This document shows, one piece after another, positions 13,901-24,308 of a stretch of 64,000 nucleotides of DNA (positions within the stretch are counted from its first letter, which is position 1; the number at the start of each line of letters is the position of its first letter). The notes beneath the pieces were generated by a model that did no database searches, was not told the DNA's origin, and saw only the letters and a list, made by a program, of their open reading frames with translations. The stretch comes from Chrysomallon squamiferum. Taxonomy: Eukaryota; Animalia; Mollusca. Made by a program: the position numbers and the translations under genes. The stretch lies in assembly GCA_012295275.1 (NCBI GenBank), contig CM022679.1, forward strand, positions 18,352,001 to 18,416,000, in the 5' to 3' direction.

Positions 13901-14778
13901 TATACACGGACGGCTCCAAAGACCCTCTCACGGGAAGAACCGGCATGGCCTTTCATGTCAGGCCGGAACTACCCGACGTACCCTTCAACTACAAAGGTAG
14001 ACTGACCAACAACCTATCTGTCTTCACTACGGAACTAATAGCTATTCTCTCGGCACTTAAATGGGTCTTAACTCAAACTTACGTCAACAGCACAAAAAAG
14101 AAATACCTCATACTGACTGATTCCCTCAGCTCACTGCAAGCTCTGCACAAACTCAAATTCAGCAGCTCCCAGTACATTAGACAGATTATCGAAATCACAA
14201 ACTGTATCACCCACAGAGGACACAAGGTCACCTTCGAGTGGGTACCCGCCCACGTGGGTGTTACTGGAAACGAGCTGGCAGACAAAAACGCTAAATACTC
14301 GCTTGACGACGACACGATCGACTTTGACTCTAAATACAACGTGAACGAAATCATGACCATAGCGCACAATAAGCTGATAGAATCGTGGCAACAAGACTGG
14401 GACAACAAGACTAGACTATGGCACTACATAATCAAACCAAAAGTCAACTCGCCCAGCCCACTCTCAGACAACAACAAAACAACTCAAACTTTAACCCGTC
14501 TCAGAGTGGGAGTGACCTTCGGACTAAACGACAGCAGACATAGACTCGACAACACCGTGAGTGACAAGTGCGACACATGCCATAAACTGGACAACGTCAG
14601 ACACTATATTTTTTACTGCATCAAATACGACAAGGACAGACGCAAACTAAACACAGCTTTAACAAACATCAAAGTCAGATTCACTCCAGCGGACATTTTC
14701 AACCCCCCCAAACACCTAAAAAAACAAGTAGACAACCTGATAATGCGGTTCGTGGAAGAAACAAAAGTGAGAATATAA
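10901..14778 (+). CDS. LINE A1 ORF2: APE endonuclease - reverse transcriptase - RNase H - CCHC (frameshifted as assembled)
   Basis: APE motifs LQWNAKGL, CIQET, GDFN, SDHLPI. RT motifs YRPISLTS, QSGFR, DIEKAYD, GIPQGSVIAP, FADD. RNase H motifs YTDGS, TELIAI, LTDSLS, WVPAHVG.GNELAD. C-terminal CDTC...HYIFYC. One-base losses at ~11845, ~12105, ~12125 and ~13715 relative to the A1/A2 consensus. Confidence 0.9.
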
Positions 14779-14917
14779 ACACAATTTTACAAAACACTAC
14801 ACAACATAAACACACCCGGGTCCAACCACAGAACCAACTGGCAACCTCCCCTCGACGTCTGAACTCCAAAAAGCAACAACAACAAGCAAAAAGATGCCCG
14901 ACACGATGTCACAACGA

Positions 14918-14953
<36 letters not shown>

Positions 14954-14969
14954 CTTCAGTAAAACCAAA

Positions 14970-15004
<35 letters not shown>

Positions 15005-15629
15005 GTAAATAAATAAATCTAAATAAATAAAACCCCTTAAACAGTCCCCAATGCATATATATATGTATATGTGTGTGGGTGTGTGTATGTATGTGTATAT
15101 ATATATATATATACATATACCCACATATGTGTGCGTGTGTGTCTGCGTAGGGGTCTGTATATATGTAGTTCTACTGCACCCTTTCGGCTGTTAATAAATA
15201 AAAACCACTCAAAGGTTTATTCCAAATTGCCCACTTCAAATGCACTTGCACCCTTCCCCTCCCATTCCTTTTCCCCCTTTTCCCTTCCCCTCTCCTGTCC
15301 CGGAACCCATCCCTGGCGATCCCAGAGATCGGATCCGGGATAGGCGTGCCCGAACCTTGAATTGGACGTGGGCACGTAAAAAGAGTTCTCCATACCATAC
15401 CATACCAATTTGGTTACGCAGATTAGCTCAGAGAGATTAGCTCAGACATTAGCTCCAGTTAACATCGTTGGGGACAGCACGCATTTTTGATTACTCTCGC
15501 TTTTCACTCGTTTTGCCTGGGATTTCGTTTCATTCTTTCGTGGAGGTATCAGGAATATCTGGTCACTGTTTTGTACTTGGGAATACGTGATTACCTATTC
15601 TTGTACCGTGTAAACGCGACGGAATCGAA

Positions 15630-15865
15630 AACCAGCCAATCGTGTAACAGATCTCTACTCATCAAGCAACCAATCGCCAGCGAGAGATCTTCGGACACAT
15701 TCCGACCAATCAACGTCGAGAAGCAGTGCAGCCAATCAGACTCCCATCACTCTCGAGAGCTCTTCGGACAAAGAAACGGGAGCCGACCAATCAGCTTCAA
15801 GACCCACGTCAGCCAATCAGACTCCGAACAGCGACCAGACTAATGAATCGGCCAGCAGCCAATCG
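15630..15865 (+). promoter_or_regulatory. Cluster of seven CCAATC boxes in the LINE A2 5'UTR (candidate internal NF-Y promoter)
   Basis: CCAATC starts at 15636, 15670, 15706, 15732, 15787, 15813 and 15859, mostly in (A/G)(G/A)CCAATC(A/G) context. Function is inferred. Confidence 0.55.
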
Positions 15866-16340
15866 CCCTTAAGCCCTGCAACCCCCTTTTCAATACGGAG
15901 GATTAGCTGTTTGTTTACCTTTTGCGCTTCTTCGCACTTAGGAATTTATGTGCAAACTCGAACTTCGAGCACTGACGAACAACCGACATCAAATTGGGTA
16001 AGAAACGGAATAATATCCTCCTCCCAGCACGACACAATTCACTTTCCCAGCACGAAACTTTAAACTCCCTCTTGTTACATCCCTATACCAACCTCAAACC
16101 CTCTCCCTCACTGTCCAACGCTTATTAATTGTATATATATATATGTATGTATCTGATCGTAATTTAAATGATATAAAGTTTTTATGTTGAGTACTAAATT
16201 AAATAAAAATTATATTAAAATAACTAAAATTCTACTTCTTGCAATAAAATATTAACTATAACTATATTAAAAATAAAAATAATAATTTTAAATATACTAA
16301 AAATAAAACAAGCAAGGTAATATATTAAATTAAATATACA

Positions 16341-18386
16341 ATGGCGGACACAAACAAAACAGTCGGAACAGCCAACACCGAAGAAACTTCCCCCAGTAAA
16401 CAAGGAGTCACAGAAAGGGAAATCTCAGACTTCTCTCTCGGCTTCCCAGACGACAACGGAAGCACGTCTGACAGCTCACTAGACGACATAATATACGTGG
16501 GGCTCGTACAAACAACACCGGAAGGTTCTCCCTGCCCCGACCTGTCCACTCCCCCAGAATGTCCCCAAATAAATATCACAGCCGGACTGACCACCGTTCC
16601 GGAATCCCCCAACCTAAAAACAATTAAAAATAAAAAACGAAAAACACACCCAACTGTCCAATCTCCCCCAGAACAGCTGCCAATCAGCACAGCAAACAGA
16701 TTTTCGGCCCTGGACATGCTCAACATCGCTGTCCCCCAACAGGGCTCCCATAAATCCCTCAAACTGTCCGCCAGCCCTCCTAGACCCGCTAAGGCACCAA
16801 TCCCCGGGCTGAGGCGGGTTTTGTTCAACATGAAAAACCCGACCCTGTATGAAGCTATATTCTTCCAACAGTCCGTCTCGCGACTGTTGGACGACACAGT
16901 CTTCCACACCCGGCTGTCTGACGAGACCACTTTCGTCAGGGCTGAGTCGGACAGCTCACTCACCAAACTGGGTGCCAACATGGAGCTCATGCCCCACCCC
17001 TCAGAATGTCGAAAGGTGAGGGTCACGCTTGCGAGGTGTACGGAGGAACCGAGAGAGAGGAGGGTCGCCACCCAAGTGAAGACCTTGAGCCCATCTGCCC
17101 CCATCGAACTAGGATACTCCCAGGACGAAAGGAGCAGCGATGAAATCCATCGACATTTGGACCGTGCGGTGGCCTACGGCACCTGGGGCGACGACACCTT
17201 CACGGCAGAACCCCTGGCCCAGGTGGACGCCAAACCAAGGAGAAAGAAACAGAAACCACACACAACAACAACAAAACAAACACCACACAAAAAGGACTTT
17301 TTAAAATCAGCAAACAACACACACCCGACAATACCCAAACAAAAAAACAAATACCGCCAAGATAACCCCACAAAACAAATCCCCCAAAGCCCCCACAAAC
17401 TATCAAACAACACAGAGGAGTTCCCGCACCTCACCCTCACACCAGGAAGAACTTGGCCCCGAGAGTTTTGTTACTCGAGCGTGCCACCAACTACACGGGC
17501 AAAAGCCATCCCACAACAACAAAACAACACCCCACAAAAAGACACTCATTACACAACACCTAAGATACACACGACACCAACAGCAACCACCACAGCAGCA
17601 GAGCACTCGCTAAGGCGACTGGTGAAAGCCAAACCAGTTCCTGAAACAGCCACACAAATCTTACAGATAGCGAAAGAAGAAAACCCAGAGGTGATGATTC
17701 AGACCATCACCATCTGGAGCAACGGCTACTGGGAGGTGCGACTGTCTGCTAACACGACAGTAGACCACATCCGCTTCAGGAACGAACACCTGCAGCTGCT
17801 GACGTTCACAACACAACCCATCAAATGCGCCCAGTGTCAACGATGGGGACACAACACAAAAAAATGCAGGTCGTTGCGGGGACACCCAACGTGTTTCAGG
17901 TGTGGGGACAAACACCCCAAGAAAACGCCGGACAACCCGTGCCGCCAACCCACCCAGTGCGCGAACTGCAACGGCCGACACTACACACACAGCCACCTGT
18001 GCGCGGCCTACCGCAACGCACTGAAACACATGGAGGCCAAAAACACACACACAGCTAGCCCCCCTCACGCACCAGGCACACACCCATACACACCAGCCCC
18101 CTCGACAGACGCAAAACAAGGACAGCTGGGCACAATAACCGACAAAGACAGCCCAGTGACAGCCCTCCAACTACTCAGGGTTGTCACTGGCCTATTCCTA
18201 GACAGATCCCTGCAAACCCCCAACCCCAACCCCAACTCCAATAGATCGGACGAAAACATAAAAAAAGCCACTGCGGCAGCATGTCTAACCCTACAGCACC
18301 ACCTGGGAATACCGCTGGAGATCGACACTGTGCTCCCACACGCAATCAACTTCTACCAAAAACAACACCAACACCGAAAACACTAA
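16341..18386 (+). CDS. LINE A2 ORF1, gag-like protein (681 aa)
   Basis: Intact ORF with the same three CCHC knuckles as A1 ORF1 but diverged N-terminal and linker regions. Confidence 0.9.
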   Translation: MADTNKTVGTANTEETSPSKQGVTEREISDFSLGFPDDNGSTSDSSLDDIIYVGLVQTTPEGSPCPDLSTPPECPQINITAGLTTVPESPNLKTIKNKKRKTHPTVQSPPEQLPISTANRFSALDMLNIAVPQQGSHKSLKLSASPPRPAKAPIPGLRRVLFNMKNPTLYEAIFFQQSVSRLLDDTVFHTRLSDETTFVRAESDSSLTKLGANMELMPHPSECRKVRVTLARCTEEPRERRVATQVKTLSPSAPIELGYSQDERSSDEIHRHLDRAVAYGTWGDDTFTAEPLAQVDAKPRRKKQKPHTTTTKQTPHKKDFLKSANNTHPTIPKQKNKYRQDNPTKQIPQSPHKLSNNTEEFPHLTLTPGRTWPREFCYSSVPPTTRAKAIPQQQNNTPQKDTHYTTPKIHTTPTATTTAAEHSLRRLVKAKPVPETATQILQIAKEENPEVMIQTITIWSNGYWEVRLSANTTVDHIRFRNEHLQLLTFTTQPIKCAQCQRWGHNTKKCRSLRGHPTCFRCGDKHPKKTPDNPCRQPTQCANCNGRHYTHSHLCAAYRNALKHMEAKNTHTASPPHAPGTHPYTPAPSTDAKQGQLGTITDKDSPVTALQLLRVVTGLFLDRSLQTPNPNPNSNRSDENIKKATAAACLTLQHHLGIPLEIDTVLPHAINFYQKQHQHRKH

Positions 18387-18462
18387 ACAAATAAAATAAA
18401 TACAATCCAAATACACCCAACAGAACCAACCTCTAACACTAACAAACTCCTTCACATCACAC

Positions 18463-21400
18463 ATGGGAGACAAACAAAACATTAAACACAAACAAGCCAA
18501 AGGCCTTAACATCCTACAGTGGAATGCCAAAGGCCTCAAATCAGGAGGCCATGGCGAAGAACTCAAACACTACATAACTAATTCTAACATACAGATAGAC
18601 ATAATTTGCATACAAGAAACCTGGATCACCAACACACAAACACGAAAGAATCAACTCTTCCAAAACTTTAACATTCCAGGTTTCTATGGTTTCTTCCACA
18701 ACACCAACTGCACCACGAGAGGAGGAGTAGCGACATTTGTCAGAAATGAGCTCTCCTACTCACGTATCACACTCACGAATCACCACATCAACATAGAGAC
18801 ACTTGGAATATCAATACATGGCCAGGATGAAGACATTAACATATTTAACTATTACACCCACCCAGGCAAAAATCACTACAACATAACACTCGAACACTAC
18901 ACTAAAAGCATTCCCGCTAAATTTATCGACAACTCCATCGTACTAGGGGACTTCAACAGCAGAAACCACCTATGGGGTTCCTCTAGTACAGGCAAACAGG
19001 GGATTATCGTCGAAAAATTTATGGAACTTAACAAACACATATGTCTGAACGATGGCACGCCAACCTTCCTATCAGACATATACAACACCTGGTCATGCAT
19101 TGATATCTCAACAGTGTCTGAAACCATAGCCGCTAAATGCGAATGGACAGTTCTCAACAACCTCAACAGCGATCACCTACCAATACTCATCTCATACAAC
19201 ACACAAAACAACTGGAAAGAGGTAACAATAAACAAACACAAATGGAACTTCACGAAAGCCAACTGGACTGAATTTAAAAAACAATGTCTGGAAACAGATC
19301 CTAAACTCATTCGAAGCAATAATATCGACACTTTTAACCAAAATTTAACTGACAAAATAATTAGCATTGCTTATAAAACTATTCCAATTTCTAATTATAA
19401 ATACAAAAATAATTCAGTCCCTTGGTGGAGTGAAGAACTAAAACTCCTCACAAAGGCACGCAACAAACATCGCAAAACATACCAAAAACACAACTCAGCA
19501 ACCAACCTCGCAAACCTCAAAATCAGTAAACACAAAGTCTCACAAGCCGTGCTACATGCAAAAAGAGAATCGTGGAAAACCTTCTGCACATCTATCAACA
19601 TCAACACATCTAGTAAGGAAATTTGGGCCAGAATCAAACGCATACAGGGCAAACCAATTAGCAAGAACACACTACTCGTCCGCAACAAAAACCTCCATAC
19701 AAACAAAGAGAAGGCCGCTGCTCTGGGAGATGTCTTTAAACACAACTCGAGTACAAACAACTTTCCCCCCAAATTTCGAAAAATTAAAAATAAATTAGAA
19801 ACAGTCAACAAAATTCCACCTGACTCAAAAACCCCAGGAACAAAATATAATATTCCCTTCACACTCCCAGAAATGACAGCGGCCTTCTCCGACCGTAAAG
19901 GAACGGCCCCAGGGCCAGACAAATTCTCCTACCTATTCTTTCAAAACATGCCCACAGACATGCTAAATCTATTTCTGGAACTCTATAACACTATCTGGAA
20001 GGAAGGATACCTTCCCCTCAAATGGAAGCATGCTGACGTCTTCAGCCTTCCAAAACAGGGCAAGGATCTTTCCAACCCCTCCAACTATCGTCCTATCTCA
20101 CTAACGTCCTGTGTCTGCAAAACCATGGAGGCTATGGTCAACAAACGCCTAACCCACTTTCTGGAAAAGAACCAACTCATTTCGGCCTTTCAAAGTGGTT
20201 TCCGAAAAAACCACTCCACAAGCGACCACATAACCAGATTACAATCTGAAATATCCGAGTCTTTGTTTACTGGACAAAAAGTGGTAGGAGTGTTTGTTGA
20301 CATAGAAAAAGCCTATGATATGGTCTGGAGACATGGTCTTCTAATTAAAGTCTACAACATGGGCATAAGAGGCCCTATGTTCGGCTTTATAGAAGCGTTC
20401 TTGAAAAATAGATCCTTTACGGTCAATGTAAACGAAAACTTCTCAGACAGCTTGGATTTGGAGAATGGGATCCCCCAGGGTTCAGTTATCGCCCCTACTC
20501 TTTTTAGCATTTTTATTAATGACCTAGCACATAAACTAGCCACTAACTCGAAAACCGCAACTAAGCTTAGCATAGGATTATTTGCGGATGATACAGCCTT
20601 TTGGCGTGCTGGAAACTGTCTTAAACAAATCGAAACAGATCTGCAAAAAGACTTAAATAACTTACAAAATTGGGCGGAAACTTGGGGAGTCACCATCTCC
20701 CAATCCAAGACTGTCACCGTATACTTTGGGAGAAAAGTCAACATTAAACACAATAAAATAAACCTACACTACAACAACACAAAAATCCCACAAGTAAACG
20801 CAGTCAAATTCCTGGGAGTCACCTTCGACAGGTGCCTTAACTTTAAACAACACATCACCAACACAATCAACACATGCACACAATACATGAACCTACTGAA
20901 AGTGCTTTCGAACGCCAAATGGGGAGCTGACAGGTCATCTCTCTTGATGGTGTTCGAAGCATTAATAGTGTCGAGACTCCAGTATGGATCCCAGGCGTTC
21001 AGCGGTGTGTCTGAATACCAACTAAAACGGCTAGACACCGTCTACAACAAGGCACTCAGAATTGTTGCAAGGGTATTCCCAGGCACACCGACGGACAGTC
21101 TGTTTGTGGAACTAAACATGCTGCCGCTGCGAATCCGACGCAGCACACAGTGTCTCAAACACTGGTTCAAAATAAAATTCTCATCCCCACCCATCCCATA
21201 AACACAATAATCCCAAACAACTTACCCTACATCAACGACAGAGAAGCATCACTCAACGACACACACACAGGACAGCAAAAAGACTAAACCTACTGGACCT
21301 AGAACTTGAAAACAACCCGTCACCCTTAGAAACCCCATGGACAATGAAACAACTTGACATACCTCTAACGCTTAGACAGGCAGTATCGACGACGGAACAC

Positions 21401-22342
21401 GACCCATTTAAAAACGTAATTTTTAGAGCAGCACTAAGCGACAACTACTCGGACTTCGTACAAATATACACGGACGGCTCCAAAGACCCTCTCACGGGAA
21501 GAACCGGCATGGCCTTTCATGTCAGGCCGGAACTACCCGACGTACCCTTCAACTACAAAGGTAGACTGACCAACAACCTATCTGTCTTCACTACGGAACT
21601 AATAGCTATTCTCTCGGCACTTAAATGGGTCTTAACTCAAACTTACGTCAACAGCACAAAAAAGAAATACCTCATACTGACTGATTCCCTCAGCTCACTG
21701 CAAGCTCTGCACAAACTCAAATTCAGCAGCTCCCAGTACATTAGACAGATTATCGAAATCACAAACTGTATCACCCACAGAGGACACAAGGTCACCTTCG
21801 AGTGGGTACCCGCCCACGTGGGTGTTACTGGAAACGAGCTGGCAGACAAAAACGCTAAATACTCGCTTGACGACGACACGATCGACTTTGACTCTAAATA
21901 CAACGTGAACGAAATCATGACCATAGCGCACAATAAGCTGATAGAATCGTGGCAACAAGACTGGGACAACAAGACTAGACTATGGCACTACATAATCAAA
22001 CCTAAAGTCAACTCGCCCAGCCCACTCTCAGACAACAACAAAACAACTCAAACTTTAACCCGTCTCAGAGTGGGAGTGACCTTCGGACTAAACGACAGCA
22101 GACATAGACTCGACAACACCGTGAGTGACAAGTGCGACACATGCCATAAACTGGACAACGTCAGACACTATATTTTTTACTGCATCAAATACGACAAGGA
22201 CAGACGCAAACTAAACACAGCTTTAAGAAACATCAAAGTCAGATTCACTCCAGCGGACATTTTCAACCCCCCCAAACACCTAAAAAAACAAGTAGACAAC
22301 CTGATAATGCGGTTCGTGGAAGAAACAAAAGTGAGAATATAA
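18463..22342 (+). CDS. LINE A2 ORF2: APE - RT - RNase H - CCHC (two small indels near 21175 and 21262)
   Basis: A 912-aa open EN+RT frame followed by the RNase H/CCHC frame. Nearly identical to A1 ORF2. The indels fall in an A-run and an AC-run. Confidence 0.92.
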
Positions 22343-22480
22343 ACACAATTTTACAAAACACTACACAACATAAACACACCCGGGTCCAACCACAGAACCA
22401 ACTGGCAACCTCCCCTCGACGTCTGAACTCCAAAAAGCAACAACAACAAGCAAAAAGATGCCCGACACGATGTCACAACG

Positions 22481-22529
<49 letters not shown>

Positions 22530-22543
22530 CAATAGAAACCAAA

Positions 22544-22586
<43 letters not shown>

Positions 22587-22697
22587 GTAAATAAATAAAT
22601 CTAAATAAATAAATAAGTAAATAAATAAATCTAAATAAATAAAACCCCTTAAACAGTCCCCAATGCATATATATATGTATATGTGTGTGGGTGTGTG

Positions 22698-22733
<36 letters not shown>

Positions 22734-23089
22734 CACATATGTGTGCGTGTGTGTCTGCGTAGGGGTCTGTATATATGTAGTTCTACTGCACCCTTTCGGC
22801 TGTTAATAAATAAAAACCACTCAAAGGTTTATTCCAAATTGCCCACTTCAAATGCACTTGCACCCTTCCACTCCCATTCCTTTTCCCCCTTTTCCCTTCC
22901 CCTCTCCTGTCCCGGAACCCATCCCTGGCGATCCCAGAGATCGGATCCGGGATAGGCGTGCCCGAACCTTGAATTGGACGTGGGCACGTAAAAAGAGTTC
23001 TCCATACCATACCAATTTGGTTACGCAATCTGAATTCCGTGACACTGAGGTCGGTATTTAAAATGTAATTCACCACTTAGTTTATTACA

Positions 23090-23639
23090 CAATAACAATC
23101 TCACCAAAGCCAGAATTGGTTACTCAACCAACCTAAACGCAATTCTATACAAACATAACATCATCACATCACCCAACTGCAGTTGTGGACTCTCAGAAAC
23201 CATGAAACACTACTTGTTTCACTGTCCAAACTTTGCCAAGGAAAGACAAGCACTACGCAATACATTGGAGGAACTAAAAATCGAGTTCACGCTCCAACAC
23301 ATCCCGGCACCAAACGTGAAAGACAGAGAGTTGGTCCTCGCTGCAGTAACAAATTACATTCTCAAAACAAAACACAAACTATAAATCTTTTTTTTTTTTT
23401 TTTTTTTTTTTTCACACGAAAACAAACAACAATTATATAAATGTATTGACCTGCGGATTGATTGGTTGAACAGCTGATGGATCTACGGATGGATCGGCTG
23501 ATTGACGAATCAATTTGAATGGCCAATTAAATTAATAATTAAAAAATGATAAACATACTATACGAACCCACTTTCAGACACTACTAACCCGGTTATGGTG
23601 TCTTATTTCAATTTAATTTTTTTATAATTTAATTAATTG

Positions 23640-23676
<37 letters not shown>

Positions 23677-24308
23677 TTGAATTTTATAATTTTATAAAAA
23701 AATTTTTTTTTTTTTTTTTTTATTTTTTTTTTTTCATATTCTTAGTCCTAGCTTCAGGATTTATAACATCTTTTAAATTAAAATAAAATGTAAATAAGTT
23801 AACTACATTTATGTTCTTATTTGTTTTAGTTGCAGGTTTTTTTTAAATAATATCTTTTAAAACAATAAAAAGACCATTGGCAAAAAAAAAAAAAAAACAG
23901 GTTTGACCACGTGGACCATAAGGAAGCAGCCAAAAAGGAATAACAACAGCAGTCAAAAAAAGAAACAACATCAGCAGCCAAAAAGAAACAACGACAGCAG
24001 CCAAGAGCAGAACAACCAGGACGGCAAACAACACAGACCCGGTGATGGCTGAGAGATTGTGCCGGATATCACGGGGGGCGAATTGCGGCTGCGATACATC
24101 TGTACAGACTCGTTACGATCCGATATGCTGGACACTTCCTTGTGTCCTGCAATCGTGGCGAGAATCCATTCTTTTCCCTACCCAAAACTCTTTTCTGCGA
24201 CGGACGCGCCCGCTGACCTGTCAGAAAGCGTGCCCGTCGCAGACGTGCTTCACAACAGCTTGCTCTGATTAGCATGTTAATTTTTTTCCTATTCCTATTC
24301 CTATTCCT
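23090..24308 (+). mobile_element. 5'-truncated LINE family B (ORF2 C-terminus plus 3'UTR)
   Basis: Encodes LTKARIGYSTNLN...CSCGLSETMKHYLFHC...KHKL* (stop ~23384), homologous to the CCHC end of the family A ORF2. Has a (TTCCTA)n tail and a 15-bp TSD ACTTAGTTTATTACA (23075-23089, 24309-24323). Confidence 0.85.

Larger units (their letters stand above)
8607..15406 (+). mobile_element. I-group non-LTR retrotransposon (LINE family A), copy A1, truncated within the 5'UTR
   Basis: Contains ORF1, ORF2 and a (CCATA)n tail. The 11-bp TSD AATTTGGTTAC is at 8596-8606 and 15407-15417. Its first bases match an internal part of the A2 5'UTR (~16065-16110). Confidence 0.93.
15421..23013 (+). mobile_element. 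I-group LINE family A, copy A2, apparently full length (~7.6 kb)
   Basis: ~920-bp 5'UTR, ORF1, ORF2, 3'UTR and (CCATA)n tail. The 14-bp TSD AATTTGGTTACGCA is at 15407-15420 and 23014-23027. Confidence 0.93.
6879..23044 (-). mobile_element. LTR-like element (solo or deleted LTR retroelement) hosting the LINE insertions
   Basis: Termini TGTCACGG (6879) and CCGTGACA (23044), flanked by a 5-bp direct repeat CTGAG (6874-6878, 23045-23049). About 1.6 kb remains once nested LINEs are removed. Related sequence occurs at 36900-37049, ~54960-55045 and ~55750-56608. No coding domain or PBS recognised, so orientation is tentative. Confidence 0.65.

Noticed and set aside
15421-15520. HDV-like ribozyme at the LINE 5' end
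   Set aside because: I could not identify the nested double-pseudoknot pairings by eye; a covariance-model search would be needed.
8908-22000. Many antisense and alternate-frame ORFs over the LINEs (e.g. 16325-17104, 19395-19922)
   Set aside because: They are shadows of the A/C-rich coding strand and show no recognisable domains.
8607-23013. Simple segmental tandem duplication or assembly duplication of one LINE
   Set aside because: ORF1 and the 5' leaders differ substantially and the TSD lengths differ (11 vs 14 bp). Collapse of ORF2 during polishing cannot be fully excluded without reads.
14787-23076. ORFs in the LINE 3'UTRs (FIYL, poly-K and YI repeats)
   Set aside because: They are translations of microsatellites and homopolymers.
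8345-24288. ~90-bp inverted repeat (8345-8435 vs 24197-24288) that looks like the TIRs of a giant element carrying both LINEs
   Set aside because: Each arm is the 3' end of an independent LINE B insertion with its own tail and TSD (TAATTACC; ACTTAGTTTATTACA).
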